Shown here piece after piece: positions 31,966 through 34,767 of a stretch of DNA of 34,767 nt. The notes beneath the pieces were generated by a model, which searched no databases, was not told where the DNA came from, and was given only the letters and a program-made list of their open reading frames with translations. The translations under genes and the position numbers were made by a program. The stretch is from Nemertoderma westbladi (taxonomy: Eukaryota > Animalia > Xenacoelomorpha), in assembly GCA_032718475.1 (NCBI GenBank), contig JAUCBJ010000991.1, positions 1 to 34,767 of the forward strand. The letters run 5' to 3'. Positions within the stretch are counted from its first letter, which is position 1, and the number at the start of each line of letters is the position of its first letter.

Positions 31966-33422
31966 TCTACTACGGTACTATTAATGTTAACGTCTTCTAA
32001 CGTATTGTTATTACCCCACCCCCCCCCCCCCCCCCCCCACCCCCCGCCCGTACGGTTACACCAGTCTAGGGTCTGTTGTCCGGTCCCTGTAAGTGGGGTA
32101 TTAACAAACGTTTCCATAACCTCTGGCCCCTCGTAAACACTACCCAAGCCAGCCTCACACACTGTTAGTCCCAACTGCGCCAGTTCTAGTCTGCGCTTCT
32201 GTTTGGCCTGATATTGCATAAGCCCCCTCAACCGAGAATGCATATCATCCCGCATGCGCTTTCCCGCTCGCTCTCTCTCTCTCTCTCTATCTTCTCGCAA
32301 ACTCTGGTTCGCTAACTCTGTTTCTCTTGCCATCCGCTCTCTACGCTCGCTCTCTACTCTCGCCTCCCGCTCTCTATATTCATTTGTTTCTCTCTCCACC
32401 CTCGCTGCCTCTCTCGCTTCTCGTTTTATGCGCTCGTTCTCCACTCTCGTTTCTCGCTCTTTACGTTCGTCTGCCTCTCTCACTTCTTGCTCTCAACAAT
32501 TTCTCGCTACCCTCTCAGCCCTATCTCTACACTCCCTCGCTAACTCTCTCTCTTTCTCTAGCAATGCAGTTCCCTCATCCAACTGCCTCTCTAATTCTTT
32601 CTGGTCTAGCGCCACTATGTCTAATTGACACGCCAGATCTATCTCTATCTCTATCCCATTATAGGATGTAGCGGACTTATCGGTCGCGACGGACTCCCGT
32701 CGCCTCTCTGTCCTACCAATTTTCCCCCGCTTTCTGGGGTTCTCGCTGACCGACGAGACCGAATCCTCGGGGTTAACCTCGGGTTCGCCCTCGTGCGGAT
32801 CCGCCCAACCCACTAACTTAATTCCCCTAGCATCCACTAAATATGGCCCTACGTACACCGCTTCAGGCTCCATAACCCCGGATCGCCACAGTTCGAATAG
32901 TTCGGTGGCGACCCCCCTCGCTCTCTCACTCCCCAGTTCTCCCTGCCCGAAACGGACTAGATATCTGAAATGTTTATTCGACTCACCTAGCCGCTGGCTC
33001 AACTTCCCCTGGTTTACCTTCTCTCCCTCTTTGGCTTCCCTCAATAGTTTCTTGGTGGCGTTGTAGGCCCGTTGAAGCCGATAGCTGGTCCCGATGTCCT
33101 CTTCGCCGACATCTCCTCCTCCTCTCCTGGTTCGGCGTCGTACCGACGGCCCCACCGTCGCCGTTCCAGTGGGCCGTCCGTCGCCCTTGGCCTGTGGCTG
33201 GCCGGCGACTTCGGTACTTCGACTGGCATCGTGTGTCGACTCGTCCCTTCCTTGTGGTAGATGGCCGCCCTCCGCTTGGGCTGCCGGATCGTCTCTCGTC
33301 AGCGAATCCGGCGTCGTGGGTCGATACTGTCGTGTCGCGGCCTCGTGGATCGTTTGGTTGGTGTCGTCCGAGGTCCGCGGCGGTGTCCTCTCTGCCTCTG
33401 ATAGTTGGGATCCTGTGCTCAT
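31961..33422 (-). pseudogene. Element 2 gag N-terminus (one in-frame TGA at 32493-32495), interrupted by element 3
   Basis: ORFs 32493-33422 and 31956-32483 share a frame; Glu/Arg coiled-coil; joins 22437 in frame as ...STVVDN|PNQTFIPGNNILPDNNN... Confidence 0.88.
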
Positions 33423-33459
33423 CTTTGTTCTTTAGGCAGTCACAGTTTTGTGGTAGCTG

Positions 33460-33471
33460 GGTATCTTACAC
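33460..33471 (-). other. Non-tRNA primer-binding site candidate GTGTAAGAT(ACC), complementary to the R-region loop of the element 2 LTR
   Basis: Plus-strand ATCTTACAC 33463-33471 is the reverse complement of GTGTAAGAT 33675-33683, the loop of stem CGGTGAC/GTCACCG. Confidence 0.75.
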
Positions 33472-34055
33472 TGTGACGGGATCAAGGGATCCCAACCAGT
33501 TTGTCAAACTACGCGTCACTGTGGTATTGGAATAAAAGAGTTTGTTGTTATCTCTTCGACGCTTGGTAGTTAATATTGATAAATGGATTGATAATATATG
33601 TAATAGCACATTTGATATATCGACAATAGCAGTATACTGGTAGGTAGGATATACAATATGTAATGACGGTGACGGTGTAAGATGTCACCGGTCTGCACTC
33701 AAACTAATGACTGGAACAACTGAATTGGTATCTCAATACATTGATAATATATGTAATCATTCCTACATTACTGTGGCCTTTGTCCAGTGGATGCTTTTCC
33801 CCGCTCCTATTGGTTGATAACCTACTTCACGCCTCTCACCTCTGTGGCAGTGCTTCCCCCCCTTGTTGCTATTTGCCCTCTCGAGGAGGTGAGACCTCTA
33901 ACCTCCCTTTGTGTGGCTTTTGGGGTTTGTGTTATCCCCGTTATTGGGTGTGATACGAGATTGGTTGTTATCAATCTCGTATCTCCAATATTGCTGAAAA
34001 AGGCGCCACTTCCCAACTTTATGAGGGTAATGAGGTGGAATTGAATCCGCTCACA
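33472..34055 (-). repeat. 5' LTR of element 2 (584 bp), a diverged relative of the element 3 LTRs
   Basis: Minus strand begins TGTGAGCGGATTCAATTCC and ends GATCCCGTCACA, like the element 3 LTRs; TATA, TCAGTT and the hairpins are conserved. Confidence 0.92.
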
Positions 34056-34308
34056 TTTTTTATATTAGTGAATGTTCTAGAACCTTAGTTTTTTTTTTAT
34101 GGTATATAGCTATTATTTTTTACTAGCTAGTAATTTTTGGAAATTATTTTGGTCATTAATATATTCTTCAACAGTTTAACCTGAAATATCATGGACTTTC
34201 ACATTTTTTATAATTTCTAAAAATACTAGCTAGCAAAAAACACTACCGGTAGCTATCATAAAGAACATATCTACTAATGTTCTAGAACTTTCACCAATAA
34301 CAAAAAAA
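34056..34308. repeat. AT-rich imperfect foldback (arms ~34056-34148 and ~34209-34308), possible MITE remnant
   Basis: Left arm attagtgaatgttctagaac...ttttttactagctagta..gaaattat matches the reverse complement of the right arm (attggtgaaagttctagaac...ttttttgctagctagta..gaaattat). Confidence 0.7.
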
Positions 34309-34380
34309 TTTAAAAACTCTAAAAAAGGATTGGTGAAAAATGGCTGGGGTATCGACAGGGCGAAGTAGGGACCGTGTTGC

Positions 34381-34452
34381 TTAACCCCTTAGAGCCTATG
34401 ACGTCCAGTGCATGTCACCATGGACAACACTAAGACGTGCAGTGGACGTCAT
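34381..34452. mobile_element. Possible piggyBac-like DNA transposon terminus
   Basis: TTAA followed by CCCCTT, then a 19-bp subterminal inverted repeat (atgacgtccagtgcatgtc / gacgtgcagtggacgtcat, 2 mismatches); the other end is not seen. Confidence 0.45.
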
Positions 34453-34767
34453 GCTGCAATACATGTTTTATTGGAAGGCTCTTGGTCTAGGTATACTGGT
34501 GGATAGTATGAAAGACATTTAGTGCTCTTCATGGCAAAAAATCCATTCTGTACTGTAGATATAGGCTTTATTGTAGACTGTATTATCAATGTTAGGTATA
34601 TGGCGTAATGCCAACCACAGTACAGTAGTACAGACTGACAGTAAGACCGTCAGACAGACAGACTATATTTATGTAAACGTGTAAACTGACATCAGAAATG
34701 AAATCAGCAACCCTTAACACCCCCATAGCGGGAATGTTGGTTAGTTAGTATACTTTCTTAAGTTTTG

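Larger units (their letters stand above)
15808..34055 (-). mobile_element. BEL/Pao LTR retrotransposon (outer element 2), 3'-truncated and interrupted by element 3
   Basis: 5' LTR at 34055-33472 and gag ATG at 33422. Gag resumes in frame at 22437 after removing the insertion. Pol runs to ~15808, where homology to element 3 stops at NNQRRLARVV. No 3' LTR. Confidence 0.9.

Overview
Eukaryotic (probably arthropod, given the TATA + TCAGTT initiator) repeat-rich DNA made almost entirely of BEL/Pao LTR retrotransposons. (1) A >538-codon minus-strand ORF, missed by the ORF track, runs off the left edge. It diverges across a 4.4-kb AT-rich spacer from (2) a nearly intact BEL/Pao gag-pol (6038-13669, one in-frame TAA) followed by a PPT and probable 3' LTR. 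(3) A decayed minus-strand BEL/Pao element (5' LTR 34055-33472, truncated at ~15808) is interrupted in gag by (4) a related plus-strand element (22443-31960, two LTRs, GGTTG TSD). Two observations stand out. First, neither related element has a tRNA-type PBS. The bases right after each 5' LTR are instead complementary to the loop of a hairpin in that element's own R region, and loop and PBS co-vary between the two subfamilies (ACTTTAGTAC/GTACTAAAGT vs ATCTTACAC/GTGTAAGAT), suggesting self-primed reverse transcription in a BEL/Pao lineage. Second, the inner element carries, where env would sit, a decayed ORF encoding a DEDDy-like 3'-5' exonuclease plus three CCHC knuckles. A foldback and a piggyBac-like end close the window. 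All alignments and domain calls were made by eye.
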